DNA of 64,000 nt. Source: Octopus bimaculoides. Taxonomy: Eukaryota. The position numbers and the translations under genes are program-made. The notes below the pieces were generated by a model. That model ran no database searches and had not been told where the DNA came from. It was given only the letters and a program-made list of their open reading frames with translations. Location: the NCBI RefSeq assembly GCF_001194135.2, contig NC_069002.1:33991049-34055048 (forward strand), written 5' to 3'. Of this stretch, positions 63,714-64,000 are shown one piece after another; the stretch's first letter is position 1, and every line of letters starts with the position of its first letter.

Positions 63714-64000
63714 TATGCAGGGCAGGGAATCATCAATTAGTAATAAAATTAATAATTAACAATTCTGCCGGGTAGCTCAGTATGAAAAAAACCTTCTTCG
63801 GTAAATAATTTATAATCATAAATATATAGGGATTGACAGTAACCTGCTTCTCCAACATACTGAGAATTCAGAAATAGCAGTCAAAGAACTACTGATTTCA
63901 AAACTACAAATTATTACTCCAGATTGATAGCGATATTTTTGATACACACAGAATCAAAAAACAATAGAGAAGAGTAAAAAACACTTGCCTTTAGTTAATT

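Overview
AT-rich, microsatellite-dense eukaryotic genomic DNA with about 4.6 kb of assembly gaps, nearly all flanked by (TA)n. The SINE families look like those of Octopus, so this is probably an octopus short-read scaffold (inference from repeat recognition, not a search). No host protein-coding gene, rRNA or CRISPR can be called with confidence. Most of the interpretable sequence is decayed mobile DNA. It includes more than 20 tRNA-derived SINE copies in about five families, a full-length decayed Tc1 (DD34E-type) element with TIRs, DD37D (maT) and DD34D (mariner) relics, and a Ty3/Gypsy gag relic. It also includes RTE, CR1/L2-like and L1-like LINE fragments, Helitron helicase relics, a long-TIR MITE and several Penelope-type termini with degenerate hammerhead-ribozyme cores. 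The items most worth a second look are: the hammerhead vestiges, one of them inside a SINE; two SINE/LINE 3' tail pairings; an exact 174-bp local copy of a decayed Helitron fragment; a tRNA-Thr-like cassette enclosed by its own inverted repeat; and a candidate pair of + strand exons at 35.4 and 36.8 kb. I found no convincing evidence of a new biological system. Family assignments come from manual translation and remembered motifs, and most boundaries are approximate.
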